Positions 48,001 through 56,859 of a stretch of 64,000 bases of DNA are shown piece after piece. The stretch covers positions 403,877 to 467,876 of the forward strand of contig JBAZUH010000001.1 in assembly GCA_041661545.1 (NCBI GenBank), written 5' to 3'. Both the position numbers and the translations under genes were made by a program. Source of the DNA: Candidatus Staskawiczbacteria bacterium. Lineage in GTDB: Bacteria > Patescibacteriota > Minisyncoccia > Minisyncoccales > Staskawiczbacteraceae. The notes below the pieces were generated by a model, which saw nothing but the letters and a program-made list of their open reading frames with translations, was not told where the DNA came from and ran no database searches. Position 1 is the first letter of the stretch. Every line of letters starts with the position of its first letter.

Positions 48001-48323
48001 TAAACCTCTTGTTCTTTAACTTCTTTGGTTTTAAGGTTTACTAATTTAATTTTTGCTCTTAAAGACGCTTCAAGAGACCCGTTATTTTTTTTAGCGTCTA
48101 AACCATTTTTGTAGTTTGGTTTTGAAAGCTTGTAATCTCCGAAAAAAAGTTCAAATTCTTTACCGGTATAATCTCTAATAGGAGAGATTTCTTCTAATAA
48201 TTCTTTTACTCTAACCTCCCAAAAATCTTCATACGCGTCCTTTTGCATTGTCAAAAGGTGAGGAGTTGAAAAAGACAACTTAGATTTTGAAAAGTTCTTT
48301 ACTTTACTTATAATTTCTGCCAT
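45063..48323 (-). CDS. rpoB: DNA-directed RNA polymerase subunit beta
   Basis: 1086 aa with conserved blocks (GRHGNKGVVS, FGEMEVWALE). Confidence 0.97.
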   Translation of the reverse strand: MAEIISKVKNFSKSKLSFSTPHLLTMQKDAYEDFWEVRVKELLEEISPIRDYTGKEFELFFGDYKLSKPNYKNGLDAKKNNGSLEASLRAKIKLVNLKTKEVKEQEVYLADFPIMTERATFVVNGVERVIVSQLIRSPGAFFTARLWRGKNYFGSKIIPNRGAWLEFETEESGFIGVKINRKRKVPATTLLMALGIDNIEKVEKTFKDVDTGEIRYIKETLRRDTCKDQKEALVEVYRRLRPGDLVTPDTAQDLIFNMFFNFDRYDLSKVGRWKTWLRLPNLAPKDLDKEIKKEDRILSIEDIIEVVKEVIRLNNDPMAKADQVDHLGNRRVRTLSELLQNRLRVGLMRMERIIKDKMSTLEASTITPVQLINPRPLIAVVKEFFTSSQFSQFMDNENPLAELEHKRRLTTTGPGGLTRERAGFEVRDVQPSHYGRICPIETPEGPNVGLVGHLATFAKINPYGFIEAPYFKVKNGKVTDQVEYLSAQEEERHNVAPASVPLTDSLKITPEIAPDKVEARVKGEPEEVKIADIDYIDVSSKQFISVATSLIPFLNHDDASRALMGSNMQRQAVPLIKPEAPLVGTGTERNVARDSGQVILAEADGVVKEVDGQHILVKYEASGKKPAREEDYELQTFVRTNQYSCFHQKPIVEKGEKVKKGDVMADGAAISQGRLALGRNVLVCFLPLRGGGFEDSMTISERLGKEDEFTSIHIEDFTCDVRETKLGPEVTTSDIPNVGEEKLKDLDEEGIIRVGAAVGPNDILVGKISPKGEAELTPEERLLRAIFGEKAKDVKDSSLRMEHGKNGKVINVTIFSRDLGHKLEPGVIKRIKVEVAESRKAKVGDKLVGRHGNKGVVSRVLPEAEMPFLEDGTPVDLVISPLSVPSRMNLGQILETHLGLAAHKLGYLAITPALIGANQEDVKRELKLAGLPESGQMTLYDGRTGLPFPTPVTVGYMYVMKLIHMVDDKVHARSIGPYSLITQQPLGGKAQFGGQRFGEMEVWALEGYGVSHILQEMLTIKSDDVQGRAAAYESILKGEPIRNPNIPASFNLLVAELKSLGMSVEVKERPRIDRDDERENRRDNRQ

Positions 48324-48573
48324 TAATTATTTGTGCGAAGAATAGTTCATGCTCCGCGTTAAAATTATTAAAAAAATATTTTATTATTAAAATTTTAGAG
48401 ATCAATAAATTCCGGCTCTTACAACAAAAAATTCGGTATTCAAAATAACCGAAAATGAGGGGTTTGATTTTCCTTAGAATAAATTTTGTGTGGCCACTGC
48501 TTTTTAACGGCTTGTTGATCAGACAAACCTAATGTAAATATATCTTATTACTTTATGTTTGATATGTCAATAG

Positions 48574-49449
48574 TTAAACAGTTTGCGCGGGTGCTTGTGC
48601 TTCAATTTTATTCAAATTTAGCCATGCAAATATTATTAACAATATTGAATCCACGATTAAAAAGGGGGATACAAGTTTAGATGAAATTAAACTAAGAATA
48701 CTGGTTATTATAATCACAGGAATTATTAAATGCACTCCTAATTGATATGCTTTTTGATAGCCTATTTTTATTCCTTTAATTTTAGCAACTAGCCATATTA
48801 GCAAAGCCCCAATTAAAAGATAAATCATTTCAAGCATGACGATAATAAAACCCACTATGTACGCTCCAACAAAAACAATTGGATATAAAACAGCTATAAA
48901 CGGTTTTAAGGTATTTATAAAATTAACTATCACTCCCCTGTCTAAGTAAAAGTTATCCACTTCAGAAAGAGAGCTTATAGAAACTTTATTATTGTCGTCC
49001 ATATAAATAACACTGTCGGCTGTTAGCCAAGCAATTGTTTTATAAGAACTAAAAGTATCTAAGTCAAATTTATTTTTTGTGTCTATTACAATGAAATTTT
49101 CCAATGTTTTTGGCTCTACACCATTTACTATCGCACTTTTTGCCATTTCATTTTTTAGTTCTTCTGGCATTTTTATAAAATATGGCTCAACAACATTTGT
49201 TGAGGCTATTCCATCTTTAATAGTTACTTTAAGTTCTTCTGGAAAATAGTTTGCCAGTTGTGGCGCTTTTTCAGCCAACATGTTTGCTAAAGGTATAAAT
49301 TTTATAGTAACAACAATAGTAAAAACTAAAGCAAAAAGCAAAGCAAAAACTAATAAAAACTTAAAAGAATAAGAAAATGGTTTTTCTAAAATTTCTTTAT
49401 AATATTTGGGACCATAAATACTATCTTTTATTTTTTCTATTATATTCAT
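48574..49449 (-). CDS. DUF1189-like polytopic membrane protein
   Basis: N-terminal IKDSIYGPKYYKEI pattern, a TM, an extracytoplasmic domain and a C-terminal TM cluster. Confidence 0.55.
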   Translation of the reverse strand: MNIIEKIKDSIYGPKYYKEILEKPFSYSFKFLLVFALLFALVFTIVVTIKFIPLANMLAEKAPQLANYFPEELKVTIKDGIASTNVVEPYFIKMPEELKNEMAKSAIVNGVEPKTLENFIVIDTKNKFDLDTFSSYKTIAWLTADSVIYMDDNNKVSISSLSEVDNFYLDRGVIVNFINTLKPFIAVLYPIVFVGAYIVGFIIVMLEMIYLLIGALLIWLVAKIKGIKIGYQKAYQLGVHLIIPVIIITSILSLISSKLVSPFLIVDSILLIIFAWLNLNKIEAQAPAQTV

Positions 49450-49512
49450 AATTCTCTATTTAATTATATTTTTAATTATTATATTATACCACAACTATTT
49501 TACAGCACGCAA

Positions 49513-50604
49513 CTACCCTCTAATTCTAATATTTTGTAAAATTCCTAATGATATAAAGTTTCCTATTAAACCAGAACCTCCATAACTAACAAAAGGCAAA
49601 TAAATTCCCACAACGGGCAGTAAAGAAAGGTTCATTCCTATATTAATAAAAAATTGGGCAATTAAAATCATTGCAAAACCAGAAGCAAACAAGCGCGGAA
49701 AATTAGAGCTAGATTGAATTGCAGTTTTTAACACTCGCCACACCAAAGCACCATATGCCAAAAACAACGCCAAAACCCCCAACATTCCCCATTCTTCAGC
49801 TATAACAGAAAAAATAAAGTCTGTATGAGGCTCGGGCAAAAACCCATATTGCACCTGACTACCCTTGGCTAAGCCTTCTCCAAAAATTTGCCCCGAGCCA
49901 ATAGAAATTTTTGTTTGATTTTGACTCCACGAAGCTCCTAAATAATCATATGGCACTAAAAATGCTGTTACCCTTTCTTTTTGATAATCTTTTAATAAAA
50001 AAACCCATGCAAAACCAGCAACTAACAAAAAACACAAAGAAAGAATTACAAAGTGCTTTATTTTAATACCAGATATTAATAAAATGCCCAGCCATATTGA
50101 AACCAACACTGCTGTGCCCCCCAAGTCTGGCTTTGTAAAAACAAATATAGCTGGGATTAAAACATATAAGCCAGAATAAAAAATATGTCTAAATTTATAC
50201 ATTTCTACGTGACGCATTGAAAAATATTTTGCTAACAAAATTACCAAAACAATTTTGGCTGGTTCTATTGGGTCTAAAGACAATACACCTATTTTATACC
50301 ACCCCCTTGTTCCCCGGATAACTGGAGCAAAAAAATGAAGCCCTACAAGCAATAGTATACATATGGCGTAAAAAATTAAAATTATATAAGAATTATTTCT
50401 TAAAATTCTATAATCAAAAAAACTTACAATAAACATTATCAACAAGCCCGCTACAAAAAAAATAATTTGTTTAGTAAAATTTGAAAAATCTGCTTTAGCA
50501 ACTGCCACACTATAAAGTGCCAACAAACCAAAACACACCAGCACTACCGCCGGTAAAATTAACCCCCAATCTAGTTTTTTAATCTGACTTGATATTATAC
50601 CCAT
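49513..50604 (-). CDS. ftsW: SEDS family protein (FtsW/RodA)
   Basis: 363 aa, about 10 TM. Contains PEPHTDFIFSVIAEEWG and SYGGSG motifs. Confidence 0.9.
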   Translation of the reverse strand: MGIISSQIKKLDWGLILPAVVLVCFGLLALYSVAVAKADFSNFTKQIIFFVAGLLIMFIVSFFDYRILRNNSYIILIFYAICILLLVGLHFFAPVIRGTRGWYKIGVLSLDPIEPAKIVLVILLAKYFSMRHVEMYKFRHIFYSGLYVLIPAIFVFTKPDLGGTAVLVSIWLGILLISGIKIKHFVILSLCFLLVAGFAWVFLLKDYQKERVTAFLVPYDYLGASWSQNQTKISIGSGQIFGEGLAKGSQVQYGFLPEPHTDFIFSVIAEEWGMLGVLALFLAYGALVWRVLKTAIQSSSNFPRLFASGFAMILIAQFFINIGMNLSLLPVVGIYLPFVSYGGSGLIGNFISLGILQNIRIRG

Positions 50605-52655
50605 TATTTGATTAATTCTAAGAATTGTTGTTCAGTTAAAATTGTTACACCAAGTTGGCGGGCGCGGTCGGCCTTGCTTCCTGGTTCTGAACCAACTATA
50701 ACATAACTAGTATTTTTTGAAACAGATTCTGCGGTGTCGCCACCCAATTCTCTTATTTTTGCTTTTGCTTGGTCACGGCTCATTGTTTCTAGGCTTCCAG
50801 TTAAGACGAAGGTTTTGCCTACTAATTTCGCCGAAGCACCGGCTGAGGCGCCCGGTCGAATGACCGGGTCAATTTTCACAAATTTTTCTAATTTATCTAT
50901 AAATCTAGTATTATCTTTGTCGGCAAACCATTCATAAATTGATTTTGAAACAACTGGCCCAATATCTAAAATTGCTTCAAAATCTTCTAATTTTGCATCT
51001 TTAATTTTTTTAATATTACCAAAATGTTTTGCCAAATCAATTGCAGTTTCTTCGCCAACATTTCTAATGCCCAAAGCATAAATAAACTTTGCTAAAGAAA
51101 TTTCTCTTTTTTCTTGTATTGATTTTATTAAATTTTCTGCCGATTTTTCTGCAAACCCCGATACAAAAGCCTCCGGCTTTTTACGGGGCAAGCCGTCTTC
51201 TAAATTCACGATGTCTCCCACTTTAAGCTCAAATAAGTCCGAGGAATCATTAACTAAGCCATAATCAAATAGTTTATCAATAATTTTGGGGCCCAAGCCA
51301 TCTATATTAAAAGCTGTGCGCGAAACAAAATGATAAAAATTTCTTCTTTGTTTGGCAATACATTTTACATTTGGGCACCGCAAAATTGCTTCACCTTCTA
51401 ATTTTACCAGCTTTGCCGAACAGCTAGGGCACTTTTCTGGCATTTTAAAAGTTTTTTCATGACCAGTTCTTAGTTCTGGCAAAACTTTTATAACATTTGG
51501 AATAACATCTCCCGCCCTTCCCACTATTACAGTATCTCCAATTTTTAAACCTAGTCTTTTAATTTCGTCTTCGTTGTGCAAAGTTGCCCTTGTTATTGTA
51601 ATTCCAGTTACTTGCACGGGCTCTAGCACTGCAACAGGCGTAATGGCCCCTGTTCTGCCCACCTGGACCCTTACATCTACAACTTTAGTAGTTGCCTCAG
51701 CTTGCGGAAATTTATAAGCTATAGCCCCCCTTGGCGCCTTGCCAACAACTCCTAATTCTTCAAAAATTTTATTATTATTTATTATTACCACCACGCCATC
51801 AATTTCATAATCTAATTTTTCTCTTTCTTGTATCCAATGCTCTCTAAATTCAAAAACTTCTTTTAGCGATTTGCAATATTTATTATGTTTATTAGTTTTA
51901 AACCCTAATTCTTTTAATATTTTATGTTTTTCTTCGTGAGTAACAACTTCGTTGCTAATTAAATCATAAGCAAAAGAATCTAACTTTCTACCTGATGTTA
52001 TTTTGGGGTCTAACTGCCTAACCGAACCTGCTGCGATATTTCTTGGATTAGCATAAACTGGCAAACCTTTTGCTTGTTGCTCTTTATTTATTCTATTAAA
52101 TTCTTTTTTAGTAATAAAAACCTCACCCCTCACAACAAGTTGTTCGGGAATTTTCAATTTTAAATTTTCAATTTTCAATGGAACTGCCTCAACTGTTTTT
52201 AAATTTTGAGTGATATCTTCACCAACACTGCCGTCCCCCCTAGTAGAACCTGTTATAAAATTTCCATTTTTATAAATTAGCTCAATGGCTAAGCCATCAA
52301 TTTTTAATTCACAGTAATAATTTATATTGGATTTTTCTTTTTCGGGCACTAATTTTATAAATCTTTCTTGCCAATCTTGCATATCTTCTTGCGAGAAAGC
52401 ATCATTAAAAGAAAGCATTTTATGCAAATGTTTTATTTTTTTAAATTCTTTTAAAGGCTTGCCCCCAATTCTCTGAGTTGGCGAATCTGAAGTTATTAGC
52501 TCAGGATATTGTTGCTCTAAATCAAAAAGTTCCTTTTTCAAGGAGTCTAGTGCAAAATCAGAAATTTCTTGCTTATCTAAAACATGATAAAGATAACGAT
52601 GATGATTTATCGTTTCTCTTAATTTTTTTACTCTTTGCTCAATATCTTGTTTCAT
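50604..52655 (-). CDS. ligA: NAD-dependent DNA ligase
   Basis: Adenylation motif CELKIDGLA, a Zn finger (CPSC...C), HhH repeats and a C-terminal BRCT (GKTFVLTGSL). Confidence 0.97.
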   Translation of the reverse strand: MKQDIEQRVKKLRETINHHRYLYHVLDKQEISDFALDSLKKELFDLEQQYPELITSDSPTQRIGGKPLKEFKKIKHLHKMLSFNDAFSQEDMQDWQERFIKLVPEKEKSNINYYCELKIDGLAIELIYKNGNFITGSTRGDGSVGEDITQNLKTVEAVPLKIENLKLKIPEQLVVRGEVFITKKEFNRINKEQQAKGLPVYANPRNIAAGSVRQLDPKITSGRKLDSFAYDLISNEVVTHEEKHKILKELGFKTNKHNKYCKSLKEVFEFREHWIQEREKLDYEIDGVVVIINNNKIFEELGVVGKAPRGAIAYKFPQAEATTKVVDVRVQVGRTGAITPVAVLEPVQVTGITITRATLHNEDEIKRLGLKIGDTVIVGRAGDVIPNVIKVLPELRTGHEKTFKMPEKCPSCSAKLVKLEGEAILRCPNVKCIAKQRRNFYHFVSRTAFNIDGLGPKIIDKLFDYGLVNDSSDLFELKVGDIVNLEDGLPRKKPEAFVSGFAEKSAENLIKSIQEKREISLAKFIYALGIRNVGEETAIDLAKHFGNIKKIKDAKLEDFEAILDIGPVVSKSIYEWFADKDNTRFIDKLEKFVKIDPVIRPGASAGASAKLVGKTFVLTGSLETMSRDQAKAKIRELGGDTAESVSKNTSYVIVGSEPGSKADRARQLGVTILTEQQFLELIK
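51156..51188. repeat. hairpin module ccccga-stem/loop-ttttacgggg(caag) in frame in ligA
   Basis: ccccgatacaaaagcctccggctttttacgggg. Encodes LPRKKPEAFVSG. Confidence 0.8.
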
Positions 52656-52657
52656 AA

Positions 52658-53572
52658 TTAATTACTACAATAAAACTCAGCAATATCGGATTTATTTTCA
52701 TTGCCCCCGTTATCTGTAGCTATAAGATAAACCCAATACGATGTATTATTATCCATGTTTGACCAAGGCTTGCTATAATTTCCATCTCCCAGCGACTTCA
52801 ATGTTAATTCAGACGTCTCGCTATCTACTATGTACATCTTAACGGTGTTTACTCCATCCTTATCATACACATCGGCTGAAACTGTATTATCGCCTCCGCA
52901 ATCAATTTGAAAATTACTTATCGTTGGTTCTATATTTTTTGTTTCTATAACTATTTGAATTTGCCTACCAGCTCCACCGTAAAAACCCTTTGAACTAATT
53001 TCAAATTTATCAACATCCCCCGCACTATAAACTCTGGCTTCTGTAGAATAAGATATATCGTCGTCAGAGCTGTTTGTATCGCCAGCGTTGATAACAGAAC
53101 TAAAAGAAATTGTACAATCGTCACAAACTTCTGGATTGCAACCAATAGTAGGATTGTTGTCCCCTGGTTGCGGAGATTCAAAACCATTGTTGGGCTGGCA
53201 ATAAATACTATGCTCTGTGGGCGAGGTGCTGTTAGGATCAGACTTACAAGCAGTATTATAATTATTGCTTATATCATACATAGAGCATAAACCTCTTTCT
53301 GCTTTTTTGCCATTTGTTATTGTTGGCCTAACATTCCAATCATAATAAAGAACTTTTTCAATTCCGCTATCAGCGGCGTAAAGTCCAATTACAGAATTGC
53401 CTATATTTCTTATAACTTTTATTTCGCTGTATAAAAGCGCGCTTATAGACAAAACCACAGATAAAATAATTATCATTATAAACAGCGTGATAATTAATGA
53501 AACGCCTGCCTGCGCAGGCAGGCCATTTTTATTTCTTTTTAATTTTTCTTTATTGTTCTGCATCATATACAT
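52658..53572 (-). CDS. PilX-like minor pilin / pilus-associated protein
   Basis: N-terminal hydrophobic helix GVSLIITLFIMIIILSVVLSISALLYSEI, as in the PilX N-domain. The start could be at M3/M4. Last gene of the minor-pilin set. Confidence 0.6.
   Translation of the reverse strand: MYMMQNNKEKLKRNKNGLPAQAGVSLIITLFIMIIILSVVLSISALLYSEIKVIRNIGNSVIGLYAADSGIEKVLYYDWNVRPTITNGKKAERGLCSMYDISNNYNTACKSDPNSTSPTEHSIYCQPNNGFESPQPGDNNPTIGCNPEVCDDCTISFSSVINAGDTNSSDDDISYSTEARVYSAGDVDKFEISSKGFYGGAGRQIQIVIETKNIEPTISNFQIDCGGDNTVSADVYDKDGVNTVKMYIVDSETSELTLKSLGDGNYSKPWSNMDNNTSYWVYLIATDNGGNENKSDIAEFYCSN
53504..53523. repeat. G+C palindrome gcctgcctgcgcaggcaggc in frame in the PilX-like gene
   Basis: Encodes GLPAQAGV just before the TM helix. 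Twin of 29756-29775. Confidence 0.85.
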
Positions 53573-54233
53573 TAAGATTTCTTTGCGAAACAGTTGATTG
53601 AATTATTCTATCTGGTTGCTGGCTGTCTCCCGCCACTTTTATATTAAAAACAATAGTTAAGCGTGGTTGAATTTTATCTTTATTTGAAGCTCCGCATTGT
53701 TCTGGGCCCTCGCAACTAGCAGAATTACTAAAAGTAGATCCTCCAGAGCCATTAATAGAAAATTTAATTTCATTTATTTCTAAATTTAAAGAAGTTATTT
53801 CTGTGGCATTTGCACTTTCGTTTTCTAAAGGAACCTTACGTCCAGAACTACCTTTTAATTCTTTTAAAACAGGGCCATTGGCGCCAGACACATCTAAAAA
53901 GAATTCTTGGCAATCTCCAGTTGATTGATTCAAAAATCTTACACCTCTAAATAAGTTTTCTTCTGTATCGGGCCTAGTTAACAAATAAATATATCCATTA
54001 GGAACACAGTCACCGTTTGGCGACATGTCTGTGGCTGCCATTCTTAAAGCTTTAGACATATATTCTTCTACATAACTAATTTGGTTAATAAGTTGTTGTT
54101 CGGCTAAAACTTTTTTCTGGTTTTGAACAACAGAAATAAAAATACTAATAGCAGCTCCAACAATAAACAAAAACACGCCCATAACCACAATTACCTCTAT
54201 TAATGTAAACCCTTTATTATTTTTTATATTCAT
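53550..54233 (-). CDS. type IV minor pilin (PilW-like)
   Basis: Prepilin signal KG|FTLIEVIVVMGVFL. Confidence 0.75.
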   Translation of the reverse strand: MNIKNNKGFTLIEVIVVMGVFLFIVGAAISIFISVVQNQKKVLAEQQLINQISYVEEYMSKALRMAATDMSPNGDCVPNGYIYLLTRPDTEENLFRGVRFLNQSTGDCQEFFLDVSGANGPVLKELKGSSGRKVPLENESANATEITSLNLEINEIKFSINGSGGSTFSNSASCEGPEQCGASNKDKIQPRLTIVFNIKVAGDSQQPDRIIQSTVSQRNLNVYDAEQ

Positions 54234-54254
54234 TATTTAAATAAACTAAATTTT

Positions 54255-55220
54255 CTATGGATTAGAAGCAACTTGAATTGTAATTGTGTCAGAGTCTCCA
54301 CGATCGGCAGAGGTTACCGTAATTTCTGCATAATCCCCAGATGGAGCTTCGTCCGAAACTGTAACTAATCCTTGATCACTAACGGTAACTTCTGGATTAT
54401 TTGACGACCACGATACGTCTTTAATAGTTGCATTAGCGGGATATATTTTAGAATAAAATTGTTTTGCTGATGTGGTGCCCTTGCCAATTATCTCACTCAC
54501 CGTGGTACTTCCTGGATATGCAACGTCAAAACCATCTACAATTTCTACGCTTTTTACGAAAATTTTAGTATTATACCAATTATAAAGCGTGCCCTCTGTT
54601 ATAATGCAATTTGAAACACCAGCCGGGCAGTAATCTGGACCGTCGTTAGGACAACATTTATTAGCTAAAACCCCTTCAGATAAAACTGTTGATTTTCTGT
54701 CCCAAGATACTTGAGATTTTACTTTTATAATATGATAACCTTGCGATAATGGAGCATTATCAACATCTTGAATTGGAATAACTGTAATTCTTCTTTGAAA
54801 TTTTGTTTCTGTGCCAACAGTTTCGCTATAAAAACCATTTGTATCTAAACGTAAATAATCATTTCTAGTTGCACTAGATAGTTTAGTTGATGTATAGTCC
54901 GCCTTACATTTTACGTTGTCTTGCTTACAATCAACGGGGTAGTTATAACCTTCTAGCGTAAGACCATCAACCCATGAGTAGGATGACCCCAGCTCGTTAG
55001 AAGCATCAGCAGAGTCCATATTTAGCCAATTGGTATCTCTTATATTTCTAACTATTTCCATGCCTTCTTGGGCTAAATAAGTTGCCGTAAGTCTATCTGA
55101 TGCATCAGACGTTAAAATAATAACTATTGAAAGAGCATTAAAAATTCCTATTACAGCAATAGATAAAATAAATATAGAAATTGCAAGTTCTATAATTGTA
55201 AAACCCTTTTGTTTATTCAT
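54255..55220 (-). CDS. type IV minor pilin (PilV-like) with a C-terminal Ig-like (Big_2-type) domain
   Basis: Prepilin signal KG|FTIIELAISIFIL. C-terminal VSWSSNNPEVTVSDQGLVTV...ITVTSADRGDSDTITIQV. Confidence 0.75.
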   Translation of the reverse strand: MNKQKGFTIIELAISIFILSIAVIGIFNALSIVIILTSDASDRLTATYLAQEGMEIVRNIRDTNWLNMDSADASNELGSSYSWVDGLTLEGYNYPVDCKQDNVKCKADYTSTKLSSATRNDYLRLDTNGFYSETVGTETKFQRRITVIPIQDVDNAPLSQGYHIIKVKSQVSWDRKSTVLSEGVLANKCCPNDGPDYCPAGVSNCIITEGTLYNWYNTKIFVKSVEIVDGFDVAYPGSTTVSEIIGKGTTSAKQFYSKIYPANATIKDVSWSSNNPEVTVSDQGLVTVSDEAPSGDYAEITVTSADRGDSDTITIQVASNP

Positions 55221-55224
55221 TTTT

Positions 55225-55860
55225 TTATTGTATATCTATTAATCCAGAAGAATTTACTAAAACCCCTCTTTCTACACTATCGGTATTTTGCAAAACAACA
55301 CTCGTAGCAGAAATTTCTCCAACATCAGTTGTTATTGTTGTTTTGGGGCTTGGCGGACTAAAATTTATACTAACAAAACTATAACTTGTTCCCTGGGTAT
55401 TAGTAATATCTTTTATAGATAATCTGGAATTTTCATCTTTAATATCAACCATTTTTATAATACAATCGTCTTCTTGCGAAGTTGAAACATATTCTTGACT
55501 CTCACAAAAATATGTATCAAAATTACCACCGTATTGTTGGTTGCCAGATCTAACCCCATTTTCATCTTCAGCTTCTGCTACATCAGCATATATTAAATAT
55601 TTTGTATCTGAATTAGTTACATAAATACCATAGCCTTTTACTACTATTGCATTACCATTAGCATTATTTAAGGCAATTCCCGACAAACCCAAATCTTGGG
55701 TTTTTCTTAAATCTTGCGCAAAGTTATATGTGGCCCTAGAAAGAGCCAATTGTCTTAACATTTTAGGAAAATCTGAAATCAAAATAACCATAAACATAGC
55801 AATGATAAAAAGAACAACGACAATTTCTACTAAAGTAATTCCTTTTTCAAGATTTTTCAT
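55225..55860 (-). CDS. GspH/FimT-like pseudopilin
   Basis: Prepilin signal KG|ITLVEIVVVLFII, then a GspH-like helix (RQLALSRATYNFAQDLRKTQ). Confidence 0.75.
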   Translation of the reverse strand: MKNLEKGITLVEIVVVLFIIAMFMVILISDFPKMLRQLALSRATYNFAQDLRKTQDLGLSGIALNNANGNAIVVKGYGIYVTNSDTKYLIYADVAEAEDENGVRSGNQQYGGNFDTYFCESQEYVSTSQEDDCIIKMVDIKDENSRLSIKDITNTQGTSYSFVSINFSPPSPKTTITTDVGEISATSVVLQNTDSVERGVLVNSSGLIDIQ

Positions 55861-55869
55861 ATTTATAAA

Positions 55870-56718
55870 TTAAAAAACTAAAAACCTGTTTAAATACCAA
55901 TTTACTATTTGATTGCCCCACAACATTGCTATAAATGTTCCTGTAATTAAAAATGGACCAAATGGTATTTCACTCTTTAAGTTTTTGCCTTCAAAAACCA
56001 TCAATATTAACCCTATTATAGCACCAAAAAAGAATGCTAAAAATAGGGCTACCAAAACATTGGGCAATCCCAATAACAACCCCATTAAAATAGCCAATTT
56101 TACATCTCCAAAACCCATGGCTTTGCCTTTGGATATTAAAAATATAGCTAAAAATAAACCTGCTCCAATGGCTACTGCTAATAAATAATTTATAAAACTT
56201 ATATTTTGATATTTTAAAACTATGGCCAAAATGTTATAAATAAAAGTTATTATAATGGCTGGAATTAGAACTTTGTCCGGAATTATATAATGCTTTAAAT
56301 CGTAAACAAAAATAACAATTAGCGCACTTGCTATATAAAATAAAAATGCCAAATTTAAAAATTGAGAAATTGAAAATTGATTGTAAATTGAAAATTGAAA
56401 ATTGAAAATTAGTAGGAGTATCAAAGCTGTGGCCAATTCTACTAGTGGGTATTGAATTGAAATTTTTGCCTTACAATATCTACATTTTCCTTTTAAAAAT
56501 AAAAAGCTAAAAACAGGGAATAAATCCTTCCAAGATAATTGATGCTTGCAATGTGGGCAGAAAGAATTTCCACGCAAAAAACTGACCTTTTTTCTTTCTG
56601 GACTATTTTCTGGCATATCTTCTTGGAGCTCGGTTCTATATATTACGCAATTCAAAAAACTGCCAATACACACACCAAACAAAAAGATAAGTGCACCAAT
56701 TATTATATTTAAAATCAT
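55870..56718 (-). CDS. pilD: prepilin peptidase (A24)
   Basis: Cys-rich N-domain (FCPHCKHQL...CRYCK) and polytopic A24 aspartyl protease motifs (YDLKHYIIPD, GFGDVKL). Confidence 0.92.
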   Translation of the reverse strand: MILNIIIGALIFLFGVCIGSFLNCVIYRTELQEDMPENSPERKKVSFLRGNSFCPHCKHQLSWKDLFPVFSFLFLKGKCRYCKAKISIQYPLVELATALILLLIFNFQFSIYNQFSISQFLNLAFLFYIASALIVIFVYDLKHYIIPDKVLIPAIIITFIYNILAIVLKYQNISFINYLLAVAIGAGLFLAIFLISKGKAMGFGDVKLAILMGLLLGLPNVLVALFLAFFFGAIIGLILMVFEGKNLKSEIPFGPFLITGTFIAMLWGNQIVNWYLNRFLVF

Positions 56719-56729
56719 TAAATTATTTT

Positions 56730-56773
56730 ATCATTTTTTCCGCCCAACACAAAGACCCCAACAAAAAACACCC
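56730..56773. repeat. 44-bp direct repeat, left copy (flanks the PaaX-like cassette)
   Basis: atcattttttccgcccaacacaaagaccccaacaaaaaacaccc. About 40 of 45 positions match 57619-57663. Confidence 0.85.
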
Positions 56774-56808
56774 TTCAAAAGATACCAGCAAAAAGCTACT
56801 AATAAAAA

Positions 56809-56844
56809 TAGGCGCGTTTTTGACGGCCGTCAAAAACGCGCCTA
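56809..56844. repeat. 36-bp perfect palindrome downstream of the PaaX-like gene
   Basis: taggcgcgtttttgacgg|ccgtcaaaaacgcgccta. Confidence 0.9.
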
Positions 56845-56859
56845 AAATTTAAAACTATT

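Noticed and set aside
52141-52190. ttttcaatttt repeats in ligA (and at 17961-17995) as members of the pilD aattgaaa microsatellite family.
   Set aside because: They are short AT-rich low-complexity stretches expected in this base composition. The ligA peptide (KIENLKLKIPE) aligns without an obvious insertion.
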